Below are positions 26,801-39,458 of a DNA stretch of 64,000 nucleotides, in pieces; within the stretch, counting starts at the first letter, position 1, and each line of letters starts with the position of its first letter. The stretch is from Lytechinus pictus. Its lineage: Eukaryota. Where the stretch lies: NCBI RefSeq assembly GCF_037042905.1, contig NC_087262.1, positions 15,438,001 to 15,502,000 of the forward strand, read 5' to 3'. The notes below the pieces were generated by a model, which saw only the letters and a program-made list of their open reading frames with translations, ran no database searches and had not been told where the DNA came from. The translations under genes and the position numbers were made by a program.

Positions 26801-29009
26801 CAACCCACAAACCCAAAGTGTGGCTTAGATATGTGGACGACACTTTTGTGGTTTGGCAACACGGTGCTGAAGAAACTAACAATTTCTTAAGGCACCTCAA
26901 CTCTCAACACGAGTGTATCAAGTTCACCATGGAAATGGAGAATGAGGGGTCTATCCCCTTTCTTGATACAAAGATTACGAGGACGGCACAGGGATCCCTA
27001 TCCCATCAGGTTTATCGCAAACCTACTCACACTGATAGGTACTTGAACTATCGTTCATTCCACCACCCATCAGTGTTGAGATCCATCAACAAGACGTTAG
27101 TCAAACGAGCGCATGAGGTTAGTGACCAGATCCACCTGAGAGGTGAGCTTGAGCACATCAAACGTGTTTTGAAATGCAACAACTACCCCTCACATAAGAT
27201 CTGCACTGAGCTTCCCCCCTCGCGGAACCCTCATGTAGGACAACCCAAGGCGAGAGTCGTTCTCCCATATCTGGGAGCAGCCTCTCAAAAGATTCAGAGG
27301 ATTTTGAGAGAAGCCGACATTGAGGTTCGTCATAGTTCCTCAAATAAGCTTCAATCTGCCCTCACTACCCATAAGGACAAGCGCAACTCCAAGGACCTCC
27401 CTGGAGTTTACCGAATTCCTTGTGAATGCGGTAAAGTTTACATCGGAGAGACGGGTCGTTCCTTTAACACTCGGATTAAGGAACACAAGGCCCATGGTAG
27501 GAGAGACGAGAGGGACAAATCTGCAATCATCGATCATGCCCATACGCATGATCACCGGATCCTTTGGGATGAGAGTAGACTGGTCACCCGTGTCCCCTAC
27601 TGGCATCAGCGGAGAGTCAGAGAAGCGTTGGAGATTGAGGAACATAACACTGTTCCTCAAGACAGCGGCCTCCAACTCAGCAATATCTGGCTTACCGTTC
27701 TAGACAAAGAGGCTAATTTGCCTAATTAGCCTGCCGGACGTTCCACACACGTGTGAGCATTGCAGTGCGTGGGCGGAAGTGGTGACTTTTGTCATTCATG
27801 CTAATCCTAGCGGGAATGATAACTGACGGCATTTCCGGTCATCGCTGGTTTTGCGCGCCAATTTTGTGTGTTGTCACCCACGTCCGCATATGTGGATGTC
27901 ATATGTGACTTTTCCAGCCAATCAGAGACATGTACCCTGCGAGATACCGTGCATACGGCATTTCGACAGAGTATATAAGGCCTGCTTTTACAAACTTTGC
28001 TCATTCTCCTGAGGACGACAAGAACACACTTGTCGAAACGTCGAGATTGGGTGGTCCTTTTCAGGACCAACATCTGCCCAAGAAAGATACATGGTGTACC
28101 GTGAAACCTACCACACTAAAGGTATAGCAATTGCACATGTAGCATAAAACAATAATGTAATAATGATAAAACTAATGGTACATTAAAAAGAATCCAGTAT
28201 ACAAAATGAAATTATAATGAAAATATGCACTTCACATCTTAAGGATTTCATATGGAGATGTTAACCGATACCTTCAAGGCTTTCAATTTCAATAATCAAA
28301 TTTCTTAATTTCCTTTAAATTTGTTGTGAAATGTCAAGAAATGAGAATACCTGCAGTTCTTTATATTGTATTTTGTTTTCGTCTGTCAAAACCCCAGACT
28401 TCTAGCATCGTTGATCAAGCATTCAGGCTCGGCCAGGGTGATGGAAACCATCGTCCAGCATGGTGGCTTACCACGCTTGGTTGCTATGGCAACGTCAGAA
28501 CACCCTCTGATGCAGAACGAGGCCCTGGTCGCCCTTACACTGATAGCTGCATCCCATCTTGGTAAGAGAATGAACGATTTGTGTGTTTCATAATGCAACA
28601 TTCATTGTCACGATAGGCTTGTTGGTTAGGCACCTTTTCCCAAGACAGACAAAATAGCACAGGCCGTGAGTGAAAAAAAAGAAAAAGAAAAGATAAATGT
28701 ATGGTGTTTAGAACACTGACTTTTTCCCATTCTCAGGATTAACATGAAGGAGTGACATTCATTTGGTAGCAAGAGCCAACCACAATGAAGGGGGGGGGGG
28801 GTAATGTTATCCCAATTCCATAACTTTTTTATGGATAATAAGAAAGGAATAATGGGAAGTTGTCATAAGTGCCCAATATGAAATATAAAAACAAAAATAA
28901 AATGGAGATGATGATGATGATGGTGATAATGATGATGACTGTGATCAATGTGATGACAATAGTTATGATGATGATGATTATAATGGAGATTATGTTGAAG
29001 ATGTTGGCC

Positions 29010-29090
<81 letters not shown>

Positions 29091-30330
29091 GTAGTGATTG
29101 TGATGACAATGGTTATGATGAAAATGGTGATGATGATGATGGTGATCAATGTGATGATGATGATGGTGATGATGATGATGATGATTATAATGGAGATTAT
29201 GTTGAAGATGATGTTGGCCATAATGATGAATCAATGGTTAACACTAATAAAAATGATAAAAATTTTACATTTATTTTGCAAAATTTCTATATGTGTATAT
29301 ACTCAACTGGGTATTACAATAAGGTATATTTGTTACCCCACCTATAGCCTTGCTGCCTCCAGGCGTTCTGGCATTTTAAGAATCAACTCTGTATTTCATG
29401 GGTGTTAATGGTTATCATATGCAGTGCTTTTAACGTTTTCTTACTGAAATAGATCAATTAGATACCTCAGATTTCTCGGAGCCATGTAGCAAAGAGAAAG
29501 AAAATTAAAACATTTTTTTTACCTGTTTACCTGCTCAGGTGTTTGAGGTGGTCCAATTTTAAATATCTTTAAAATAAAATTTCATTTCTCTTTTTGTCAG
29601 AATCGTCCGAGTCAGCTTTACTGGAATCTAAATTATTGTCGACAATCAAAAGTCTACTTCAGGAGACTGCATACTCAGTAGAGGTCCAATGTAATGTCCT
29701 GACGTTAGCTGGTTTTCTTACTCAATCAGGTTTGTATCATGCCCGTGGCTTTATGCTAAATCCATTTACTCCTCAAAATGCATTGATTTATGTGGGATGG
29801 ATAATGGTTATTTAGAGCTAAAGGAATGTAAACTATTTTGAGAAACATGTATTAATATCAATCTGGCTCGAAAAGAAAAGAAACTAGTTTCTTGAGAATA
29901 TGGTCATAATCAATAGTGCCGACTGAAAGCATGTGGTTATGGAAGATGGAGGAGAAGGAGAAGGAAGAGTAAACAAAGAAGAACGAGGGGGAGGAATAGA
30001 ACTAGATGGAGGGGAAAAACATGATGAGGAAGAGAAGTAGGCACAGGTAAGGAGGAAAATACGTAAAAGAAGGAACATGGGTATTGCGAGGATAAGAAAA
30101 AGAAGGGAGGTCGAGAAAGGGTCAGAGCTCAACATATGTGAACTACAAGTCAGCTGTCTCCTCTGTCAAGATTGAACTTCACTCTTTCTCTTTTCATACA
30201 TAATTTTATAGCGATACTAAAGCAAGCCATGGTGGATCAGCAGCTACCCGACACTATCGAGACCCTGAAGCGAAGCAAGGAAGAGCCTCTCAGTACCAAA
30301 GCAACAAGCATCAGCCAACACTTTACCTGA
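14875..30330 (+). CDS. RAP1GDS1: Rap1 GTPase-GDP dissociation stimulator 1 (SmgGDS), armadillo-repeat GEF/chaperone, ~615 aa
   Basis: Exons 14875-14878(ATGG), 15350-15448, 17624-17758, 18091-18216, 18757-18909, 19600-19728, 20141-20266, 22838-22999, 24032-24166, 24745-24882, 25254-25379, 25828-25930, 28398-28561, 29601-29729, 30212-30330(TGA); total 1848 nt, open frame, all GT-AG. Diagnostic motifs GCLDCLLQAL, RALGNLC, ALAIGNFARND, LSALRNLAIP, VQFKLLGT, MATSEH.LMQNEALVAL. Confidence 0.95.
19860..20035 (+). mobile_element. tRNA-derived SINE (degenerate)
   Basis: TGGCTCAGTAG A box, GGTTCAATCCC B box, AAATGGGTAGCTGGTAGG core similar to the 3656 copy. Confidence 0.6.
20341..21135 (-). mobile_element. 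3' fragment of CR1/L2-group (Crack/Daphne-like) LINE
   Basis: ORF 20722-21135(-) LQKRAMRII...YNTR...GPLIWNSLP.EIK..SLNSFK is typical of CR1/L2-group ORF2 C-termini, followed by a 3' UTR ending AATAAATGAATTTGAATTTGAAA. Confidence 0.85.
21807..22594. mobile_element. piggyBac-like non-autonomous element nested in another MITE
   Basis: TTAA on both sides, imperfect TIRs CCCTAATTCTCCCGGGG / CCCCGGGAGATTGAGTG, subterminal G/C hairpins. The host MITE has ends ATTCTGAAGTC (~21525) / GACTTCAGAAT (~22610). Confidence 0.75.
23092..23420 (+). mobile_element. tRNA-derived SINE
   Basis: GGTGGTGTAGTGG A box, GTTCCAATCCC B box, ACCCAGGTGCTAAATGAGTACCCGG core; homologous to the 36779 copy. Confidence 0.75.
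26082..27729 (+). CDS. PLE reverse transcriptase + GIY-YIG endonuclease (N-terminally truncated)
   Basis: DKGNATVVMD, PKIHK..PLRPIVS, SFDVESLFT, GAAMGSPLSP, RYVDD, PFLD, YRKPTHT, and GVYRIPCECGKVYIGETGR..RIKEH (GIY-YIG). Confidence 0.92.
28000..28051 (+). ncRNA. Type I minimal hammerhead ribozyme in PLE pLTR
   Basis: CTGAGGA core (28009-28015), stem II GACAAG/CTTGTC, GAAA (28035-28038), palindromic ACGT stem III, GTC cleavage triplet ending 28042, stem I CTCATTCTC/GAGATTGGG. Confidence 0.8.
28905..29230. repeat. (ATG)n compound microsatellite
   Basis: Long pure ATG run flanked by two copies of a degenerate block (ATTATAATGGAGATTATGTTGAAGATG..TTGGCCAT). Confidence 0.95.
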
Positions 30331-31840
30331 AGGTTCCAACCCCATTCACAGATCATGTACTTAAGGGCTTCAAGCCACCGATGTTGATTTGAGTCAAGGT
30401 TCAAAGGTCATATGCATTACATTGCCATGGCGATGACATTGATGCAATCATGCCTCGTCAAAGAGAAGTATGGTACTATTTATTAAGAGAGGGTGAAGGG
30501 CGTTGTCCGTTAGCCCCGGTATGTGCAATAGTTACTGATGTCAACAGTATAAATGGATATGGCTATATGCAAAATAAGTGTAAGCAAGAATTTATACATG
30601 CACTTGTAGAAAGAACGCACTTTTATATAAGATCATGCAAAAGCGGACATATAATAGATGTTGTAAGAAGAGGAAGCTAACGTAAGAAATGTTGTTTTGC
30701 AAGAAAGAAATTTATTTACGGAATCGCTGTTGGAGTGGGCCAAATGGAAAGGAAAGACTTGCCAGAAGTGTTTATTTGATGCAATCATTACATAAAATGA
30801 GCATGTCCGAGAAGTTTATAAGGTTGGTTATGCATGGAAAATGTATCACAGTATTTGAACATTTATACCAGATATCACAATATTATTAATGTTCTGTCAT
30901 GGTTCTTTTTTATATAGTGTATGTATTACCAAAGAGTCTTGTCTGTGGTGCATCCCTACTCTATATCTTATGCCCATGTATGTATTCTTTATCAGAATAT
31001 CAGTGTTTCGTGTTGTCCTCCTGCCGTTACGCAAATGTATGTCAAGTGAATACCGATATCGTCTTTTGTATCATTCTGCCAACAATGCTACTCCCTGCAT
31101 ACACAGATTTGAATGAAGGGATATCCCATTGGTTTTGCACACAAGTGACTAAATTGTACCATATCCATGCACAAGAATCATTGTTTAGACATTATGTTTG
31201 CCATTTCTGAACTAATTTTGCTCAAATTAAGGATGACAAGATTTTCAAATGCAGCTTATTTATTGGCATGCAAGATTGAAAATTCAAGTTTCAATCCAAA
31301 GTGTAGAAGGTCACATCTTTTTAAACGACAAATATATCATAATTAATTATAGAGAAGTAGTAATATGCATAAAAATGTATAGGCCCCCGAATCTTCTGAA
31401 CAGTTTTATTCAGGCACAGGAGAGAAATGCAAAAATTGAGAAAGTATGTTTGAAACGTTGTGGTGCTCTTGTTATTTGTCCTTTCAAGGAAACAACATTC
31501 CTCACATTGTATTGAAGAATTCTTTCATAATTCGTAAACTACATGTACCTGACTTCATTTGAGATGGCCAATTCCAAGTGAGTTGATTAATTGCATAATT
31601 TCTAAGAATCATGGATCTATGCAAATTGTTTATGCCACCTTTTTTCAGTTCGCATCATTTGCCTTTATAAATGATTTACTCTTCTTTTTTTTAATTTATA
31701 TTTAATCAAATATTTGCATTTTCCAGGGTGGATAAAGGGGGAAGGTTGATATAAACAAAAACCTTTTGTAAACGGTTCATGAAAGACTTAGTTTATGCTT
31801 GATTATATGATTGATTGTAGTTTCATGTTTATGTATCCCT

Positions 31841-32183
31841 GGTGGGTGTTTCAAAGAGCTGTTTGTAAGTTAAGAGCGACTTTATGATCGACTGGTGATC
31901 CTTTCTTAAAAACTAATTCAACGCCAATGGAAATATGGTGTGTATCATCATGAGAGGATCACCAGTCATTTGTAAAATCACTCGTAACTTTACGAACAGC
32001 TTTATGAAACACCCTCTGGTGAGTATTTCATAAAGCTGTTCGTAAAGTTACGAACGACTTTACGCACGACTTGAATATGTTCTTACATCATAACTCAATT
32101 ACATAGGGATATCACATTGCACAAAAAAGGATCACCACTTTCACCAGTCGTATCTTACGAACAGCTTTATGAAACACCCACCT
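31841..32183. mobile_element. Two adjacent copies of a short MITE
   Basis: GGTGGGTGTTTCA(T)AAAGCTGTT...AACAGCTTTATGAAACACCC termini repeated twice (~31841-32015, ~32018-32183). Confidence 0.7.
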
Positions 32184-32292
32184 GGTATGATACATTTATA
32201 TGTTGCATATTAAAGGATGACCACCAATTTAGGTCAAGGTTATAAATTTTTTGTCTTTCAAAACTGAGCGGTAGAAATGGTAATGCACCATG

Positions 32293-33393
32293 CAGATCTG
32301 CCAAGTAGAACTGGTTTTCAGTAATTATTAATGAAAAATGAGAAAGAATACTGGTGGTTTCATGCAAATTACTCATTTCTAAAGTTTCATTTTATGTGTT
32401 CTATGGCATTTTTGTGAAAAAAGTGATTTTACCAAAATACTGATTTTTAGCCTATGAAATACTGAAATGTTCTTGATCAGTTTGGCATCTCTGACCATGT
32501 ATACATTTTGAAGCTTTGAGAGCATGCCGGTGATATTTTCATAGCATTGATTCAGTTAACCCTTGGTTAAATTTGACTAAACTTTTAATGGAGTGCTAGT
32601 CGCCATCATATTTATTCAGATGTTGTCCAAAAATTATTTTTATTAATTGAAGAAAAAGGTGGTACGTTTATGACATTAATTTCAAAGAATTATTTGGTAC
32701 ATAATTCTTGTCATGGACATTGAATAAGTAAGATTTATACCAACATTCCATAGACAGAGCCGCCAACTAGTACTAATTTTCAGTAATTATTACTGAAAAC
32801 TGAGAATACTACTGATGGTTTCATACAAAATGCTGATTTCTGAAGTTCCTGTTTTATGTGTTGTCCTATGGCATTTCTTTGAAAATACTGATTACCTTAC
32901 CAAAACACAAATTTTCAGCTTAAAAAAAAACTGAAATGTTTTTGTTCAGGTTGGCAGCTCTGACCATGTATACATTACGAAGCTTTGAGCATGCTGGGTG
33001 ATATTTTCATAGCATTGATTTAGTTAACCCTTGGTTAATTTTGACAAAACTTTTAATGGCGTGCTAGTTGCCATCATGTTTATTCAGATGTGAAGAGTTG
33101 TCCAAAAAAACATTTTTATTATGAAATTGAAGAAAAAGGAGGTACGTTTATGACATTAATTTTAAAGAATTATTTGGTACATAATTCTTGTCATGGACAT
33201 TGAATAAGTAAGATTTATACCAACATTCCATAGACAGAGCCGCCAGCTAGTACTGATTTTCAGTAATTACTGAAAACTGAGAATACTACTGATGGTTTCA
33301 TGCAAAATATTGATTTCTAAAGTTCCTGTTTTACACATGTGTTGTCCTAGCTTTTAAAAAACTGAAATGTTTTTGTTCAGGTTGGCAACTCTG
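32293..33393. repeat. Three CAGAGCTGCCAAC-family MITEs with duplicated ~265-bp spacer
   Basis: Elements 32293-32493, 32755-32962, 33235-33393; spacers 32494-32754 and 32963-33234 are near-identical. Confidence 0.85.
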
Positions 33394-36300
33394 CATAGAA
33401 GTGTGGATCAAACATCTGGTTTTGTAAGGAGTTAAAGCAAGATTTAAATTGTCATCACACCATGCTACGGTACATAAGTGAGATTTCATGGCAAAAAATT
33501 GAGTTTTGCTAATCAATTCAACTCGGCTTTCACAAACGCAATGTATTGCCCTTCTACATGTATAAATTGATGATTAATCATTAATTTAAAGTTTTGTTTA
33601 TCGTGTTGCTTAGTTTTATAATGTAATTAATATCAATTGCATAAATAACTATGAATTTATAAGTTGATAAATGATTTAATTAATGACCAGATGAATGAAA
33701 GTTTAAGATATGAATTACTTTTTTTATCAAAGCATTGTGCACTGTCTTTGAAATTGAACTATTTGTTTACTGTTTTATTTAAGTGTTTTATGAAATTTTT
33801 TTTTTTACAGACTCTAAAATTATGAGGGTTACATCAAGATATATAGTGGGATTTTAGCCATAAAGGATTGCTGAGCACAATGTCTCAAAGATAATATATA
33901 GATAATATATAATTAGTGAATGTGTAGGGCATGGATTGATCATAAATGGTATTACATCATTGCAAAGATGAAACAAAATATACAGTTTATATTTAATCAA
34001 TTGCTTGTTGCACAAATTAGCCATTGAAATTAAAGAAATTGCCCTAATATTCAGCAATTGCTCCAATATGAAAAAAAGCCTCTAAACTTATCAAATTATT
34101 TGTAAAAAATGAAACGTTCAGGTTTTTTTTTCTGAGGCACTCTGTATTCCTTCACACAACTTACAAACATGCTCACTATTCACGAATTTTGCATTCAATG
34201 AATTTTCATCTCTTTTGTTCAACAGTGATACATGTAAAGTGAGAAAAGTATTATCGATATCATTGTCCTGTAATTATTTATCTGTGATTGTAAACAATAA
34301 CTCATTTGTATTAAAAGAAAAACCTGCTTGAATTCAGTGTCTCTGAGAGAATTTTTTTACATGTATTGAAGGAGTATACACAAATAAATAAAGAAACTGT
34401 TTTTTTTTATTGTAAAAATAGCAGAAAAATATTAGAAAATATTGGCGATGGTTTGAGGAAAATCCATCAGAGTTAAAAGGTTATAAGAATTTTAATTATT
34501 TGATTTGTGACGTCATATGTGAGCAGCTTTCTTACATATTTGATATTGTATGGTAAAAAATCAACAAAATGTCATTTTCCCAAACAAATAAAAAATGTTT
34601 TTTATTGTACCTTCAGTATTAACAAATACACAAATCATTTCACACCTGCTCCTAAAAGAAAGTAAAAAAATAAGTCATCATGAACCATTTAAGAAATAAA
34701 ATTTATGCATTTTATATACATAATGTATGGGGACAGCTGCTCATTTATAACTTAATCTTTAATGCATTTTCCTCAAATGTTCAATACTTTTTATTTTTCT
34801 GCTATTTTTACAACAAAGTTTTCGTCAGGGTGAATATACCCTGTAAGTCATGCATCCTACAGTTGTACAAGCATATTAACCCATAGTCGAGGTACATAGC
34901 CTGAAAAATGCAAATGATGGGCTAACATCCGACAGAGCAGACTTCCACCACACAACAGGAAATAAGCAGATAGTAATCCAACTACCAACAAAACACACAT
35001 CACAAGCAACATTATTTTTTTCTTCTTCTTTGTAATAGTCTCACATATTCACACAGGCAAGGTGTGTTCTACATAGTAAACAAAGATGACAAGGTAATAT
35101 CAAGCACTGTTCTGCCCAAATCCCAGATTGTTGAAGGGAAGATTATCCATTTGGATAAAGTGATTTGCCCTCTACAAGCATCTGAATGCAGTTTATTACT
35201 TGTCAAACTGAGAAATAATATGAAATTTAGCAAAACTATGCTAAAATGGAAAAACTTGTGCACATGTATTTCATAAGCACATGAACAGGCCATCAGTAAT
35301 GCATTAAAATGCATGTAACAGCTTCGTGTACAACACCCTCAGCATCTTACTTTTGAGATACCAGGAATAAGTGAATGCATTCATTGCATTTTCCCCAAAA
35401 AAGGAAGAATGTAAAATAGTAAAATATACATACCAATACAAATTTGAATACAGTGGTGTCCCCACAAGAAAATGATCATATTCAAAGTGTTCAAGTTCTG
35501 CCATGTAATTAGATAATTAACTGAAGTCAAGAGATGAATTATTACATTCAATAAAGTTTGTTTCTCTGGGCTCGCCAAACATTGTAGTGTTGTTGTCTGC
35601 ATTGAACACTCGGCATGCATGAGTGCATTTTGTGGTGGGGTTCACTTACTTTTGAGCACAACTGTAATAGCAAATCAAGGTGTGTAGGTTTAAAGACAAT
35701 AGCAAAATTTGTGCAAGCACTATATAACTATAAGCTGCATTTTAAAACTTGAGTCTACCATTCATTTTAACAAAGCTGTGCAAAATTCTACTGATTTGAA
35801 ATTTATGTTTTGACAAGAATAAATTCAGATCAGGTAATCTCACTGTACATTATTGCAACATATCCTTTGCATTACATTGTCAAAAAAGTGATTAAAAATC
35901 AATCAATCAACCAGCTGAAGCTCAGAACAGGATACAAGAGCACATACAGTTTTCCTTTTGATGAAAATCAGTTTTTCATCAAAGGGCAATTCCATAAAAT
36001 GATCAACATTTTTGTACATCCAACCCCAAATTTTCTCAAGTTTTACTTCACTTCATAAACTGACCAAGTAATGGTCACTTGACTGCATTACAGACTGTCA
36101 TAAGAACCAGAAATCAGAGACAGAAAATTTCATGAAGGTCACAAAAATAGGGGGTCAGACGTATATATTTTATGGAATTTCCCCAAAGTTTTTTTTTGGT
36201 TAATGGAATAAGCTGGTAAAATATGTAAAAATTGAACAAAAAATCTCAAAATTGACAATTAAGATTTAGTCGTTGGAAAATACTATACACATCTTGTATT

Positions 36301-36778
36301 ATTTAGTACAGCAAAAACAGTAACTTTTAGATTGCATAATCTATTAATAGATAAATCAAATACATCTCACAAAGACAAACAAAATCTCAATTCAAGATTA
36401 TCAAATATTTCATAGAAAATTCAAAATACAAAATTTACAAACTTATGTTTTGCATAAAATCACGAGAATTAGAATAAATTGAGAACCACAACAATGCATG
36501 CATAAATAAATAATATAGTCAATTTACTTTTTTAAAAAAATCATACTTTGCCTTGGCATCTCCTACATTAGATGCATAATACAACATGAAAGACAAATTC
36601 ATCTAACTTAGAAATTGACCACCTATTACAACTTCTTTTGTATTGAGAACTGGGTAAGCAGCTTCAGGTAGCAAGATGTGAGAAATGAAGCATAATTCCT
36701 CTCCACATATTTTTGTTTTCCCATTTGAATCCCTTCTTGAACCTTTTAACAAACACATTCTCAAAATCTTTCAAGCCT

Positions 36779-37075
36779 GGAAGCGCCGTGGTGTAGCGGT
36801 TCTGACTCTCGCCTTGTAATCAGAGGGTCGTGTGTTCGAATCCCACCGTGGCCTAGCGCCCTTTGGCAATGCGTCAATCCACACTTTGCCACTCTCACCC
36901 AGGTGCTAATTGGTAAGAAACAACCTTCATAGTGGTTGGTTTTGCAAGTGTGCGCCTAACAGGCTGCTTGAAATGCTATGAATCCAGTGACCGGGTAATA
37001 ATTGTGAAGCACTTTGTACAGTCGTAGATGATAAAGCGCTATATAAATGCCAATTTTTTTTTTTTTTTCTTTTTT
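36779..37075 (+). mobile_element. tRNA-derived SINE
   Basis: GTGGTGTAGCGG A box, GTTCGAATCCC B box, ACCCAGGTGCTAA core, 3' end AAGCGCTATATAAATGCC plus T-rich tail. Confidence 0.8.
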
Positions 37076-37418
37076 AATCGTCAATTAAAATTATCAAATT
37101 TACTACAAATTCAATCATTTTTTGTATAATCATTTGTGCCAGTCAGGGATGGCAAAGGTTTCAAAAGTAATTTATTAAAGATTTAATGATTTTGTTATAA
37201 GGTATACTGTACTGTTTGGAATTCTTCTGGCAGGAATGGTCTCTGAATGTCACATGCCATTGCGCTGGGCCACCCATGTGGTCTGCCTACTGGGTGCTCT
37301 TTGGCAAAGTGTATAGCAAACCTTATTTTAGTTATTGCATTTTAGATTTAGATAATAATAAATGACTTCCATATTGTTAAACAGAAGTTCAGGTGTTGAC
37401 TTTGTTGATTATACACTT

Positions 37419-37623
37419 ATTTCCTTCACCAAGAATTTTATCCACAATGTGCTGCACTCAACCCAGGCAAGAAGAATGGGTACCCGGCAGGATTAAATCC
37501 TTGAATGCATGAGCGCTGAAAGGCAGCTCGAGCTAAAGTCGGGGAACTAATGATAATAACGCGCCTCGGAATAGAATATTTCTAGACAGATGGCGCTATA
37601 TAAATGCCTATTGTTATCATTTT
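37419..37623 (+). mobile_element. 5'-truncated SINE flanked by ~80-bp direct repeats
   Basis: Body matches the 3656 SINE from ATTTCCTTCA onward; flanks 37339-37418 and 37624-37700 are near-identical. Confidence 0.8.
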
Positions 37624-39458
37624 ATTTTAGATTTAGATAATAAATGACTTCCATATTGTCAAACAGAAGTTCAGGTGTTGACTTTGTTGATTATACACTT
37701 GATAGAGATATGTTATACCTCTCATTCTGTTAGAATCAATTTTTTGGTACATATTTTACCGAGATCATTTCAGTCTTAAAACATTTCAACACCTTAAACC
37801 CCATCTCCACATCTGCTTATTAGTCATAGCTGAAAAATGTGGTATGACATACACATTTTTAGAAATCGCTTGACAATTGTTCACTGCAGATGATATATCA
37901 CCATATCATGGTTTTTACAGCAGGCCAGGTGATAATTATACCATACCAAACTTGCAACATTGTGCCCCCACACTAGTAAAACATACCAGATTGATTCATG
38001 AGCTATAATAGACATAACCTTAACATTTATTTTTGCTTCTACTATACGTTACTACTACTAGATGTTGCTTTGATACATGTGGCTATTAAACTGGACTTAC
38101 GGAGCCCTATTCATATATTTCATAATCCATAAACCATTTGATTTCACAAAAAAGATTGTACCAATTCAAGATGCATAATATCTTCATTATCACACAAAAA
38201 CACTTTCTTAAACTGACATCACATGCAAAGAGTACTGACATCGTACAAAAATTTCAGCAAACAATGAAAAAATTCCATAAAAACAGGTTTAAAGCAAAAA
38301 AAATCCCCTCATATCTTTGTTCGAAATGCTTGTTCAAGTATCATTTGTCATTCAAAGATCCAGTACTGCCAATACACACACATGCTCATAGTTGACAAAC
38401 AAAAAACAAAAATCTAAACGTTGCCTTCCTGGTAAAAAAAACCTTGTACCTCAAAAAATATTAAAAGTTCAGGTAAAGAACACGGTATATATTATGCACT
38501 CTAATTCTTTTAACTTTGGAATGGCAAATTTTGTTGGGAGGAGACCTGTGATTCCAACAGTTCATCACTTGATCATTTTGTTATGTATGGAAAGCAAAAG
38601 GAAAAAAAAAATTATTTAACAATTTGAGATCCCAGGTGACATGTGATTCCATTCCTGCAAGTTCTATGATTCACTCTACATGTAGTTATGGCCATCTGTG
38701 TTCATTCACAAAAATACAGGAAACTATGCCGAAGTCGACCTTCTACAAGTCAAATATTCACTTAAGTCGAATGCTCAAGTTTTCAAGTTTAATTAAAACA
38801 TGTGTTTTATAGGTAGTGACTGATTGTTTCACTGATCGGCCTTGTATTCCTGAATGCACGCATCATACACGTCAGAAAATAATATCATATGCTCAAAAAG
38901 TTTGCAACATCCTTCCAAAGGGAACATGAATAGAAAGATGACGAAAAAATGGTCAAAAACACATTTCAAAGTCTTTATATTCTCAAAGTAATAGAATATT
39001 ATAAAATTAGGTCATCAATGATTTTGTTGTTTTCCCAACTTTTCCAACAGAAAACACGTTAATATGATACCATTTCCTAGTGACCAAAATATTTCACATG
39101 CGAAAAGGGGTGCGATAGGAAGCTGATATCATAAAAAAACAAATTCAACAAAATTTTTACATATTTATATTTTGTAGGTATTTGTGTATTTATAGTTAAA
39201 CTTTGAATTTTATGAGAATAATGTGCTTGATCTGATTGAATTCATGAAAAGTGTTTGGTAATATGATCCACTACCATACCTTTTCCTACTAGAGACCTAT
39301 TATCTAACGAAAAGTAAAAACCAAAGTATGATTGGTTTTAATAAAAGCAGAAAAACAGAAAGTTTGGCAGAAATTTGTCAAAGAATAATTAAAGTTATAG
39401 AATTTTAAGTTTTAATTTTGTCACATGTACGCTGCTCCCCCATTGAATCATATGATAT

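Larger units (their letters stand above)
26082..28117 (+). mobile_element. Penelope-like retroelement (Penelope/Poseidon type), 5'-truncated, in RAP1GDS1 intron
   Basis: Exact 13-bp TSD AAAGGTATAGCAA (26069-26081, 28118-28130); uninterrupted RT + GIY-YIG ORF; 3' pLTR with CCAAT, TATATAA and a hammerhead. Confidence 0.95.

Noticed and set aside
28829-29408. Poly-Met / poly-His / poly-Ile ORFs
   Set aside because: Translations of an intronic (ATG)n microsatellite; no splice or coding evidence.
36779-36853. tRNA-like sequences (also 3656, 19860, 23092)
   Set aside because: Heads of SINEs sharing a downstream core; cloverleaf degenerate.
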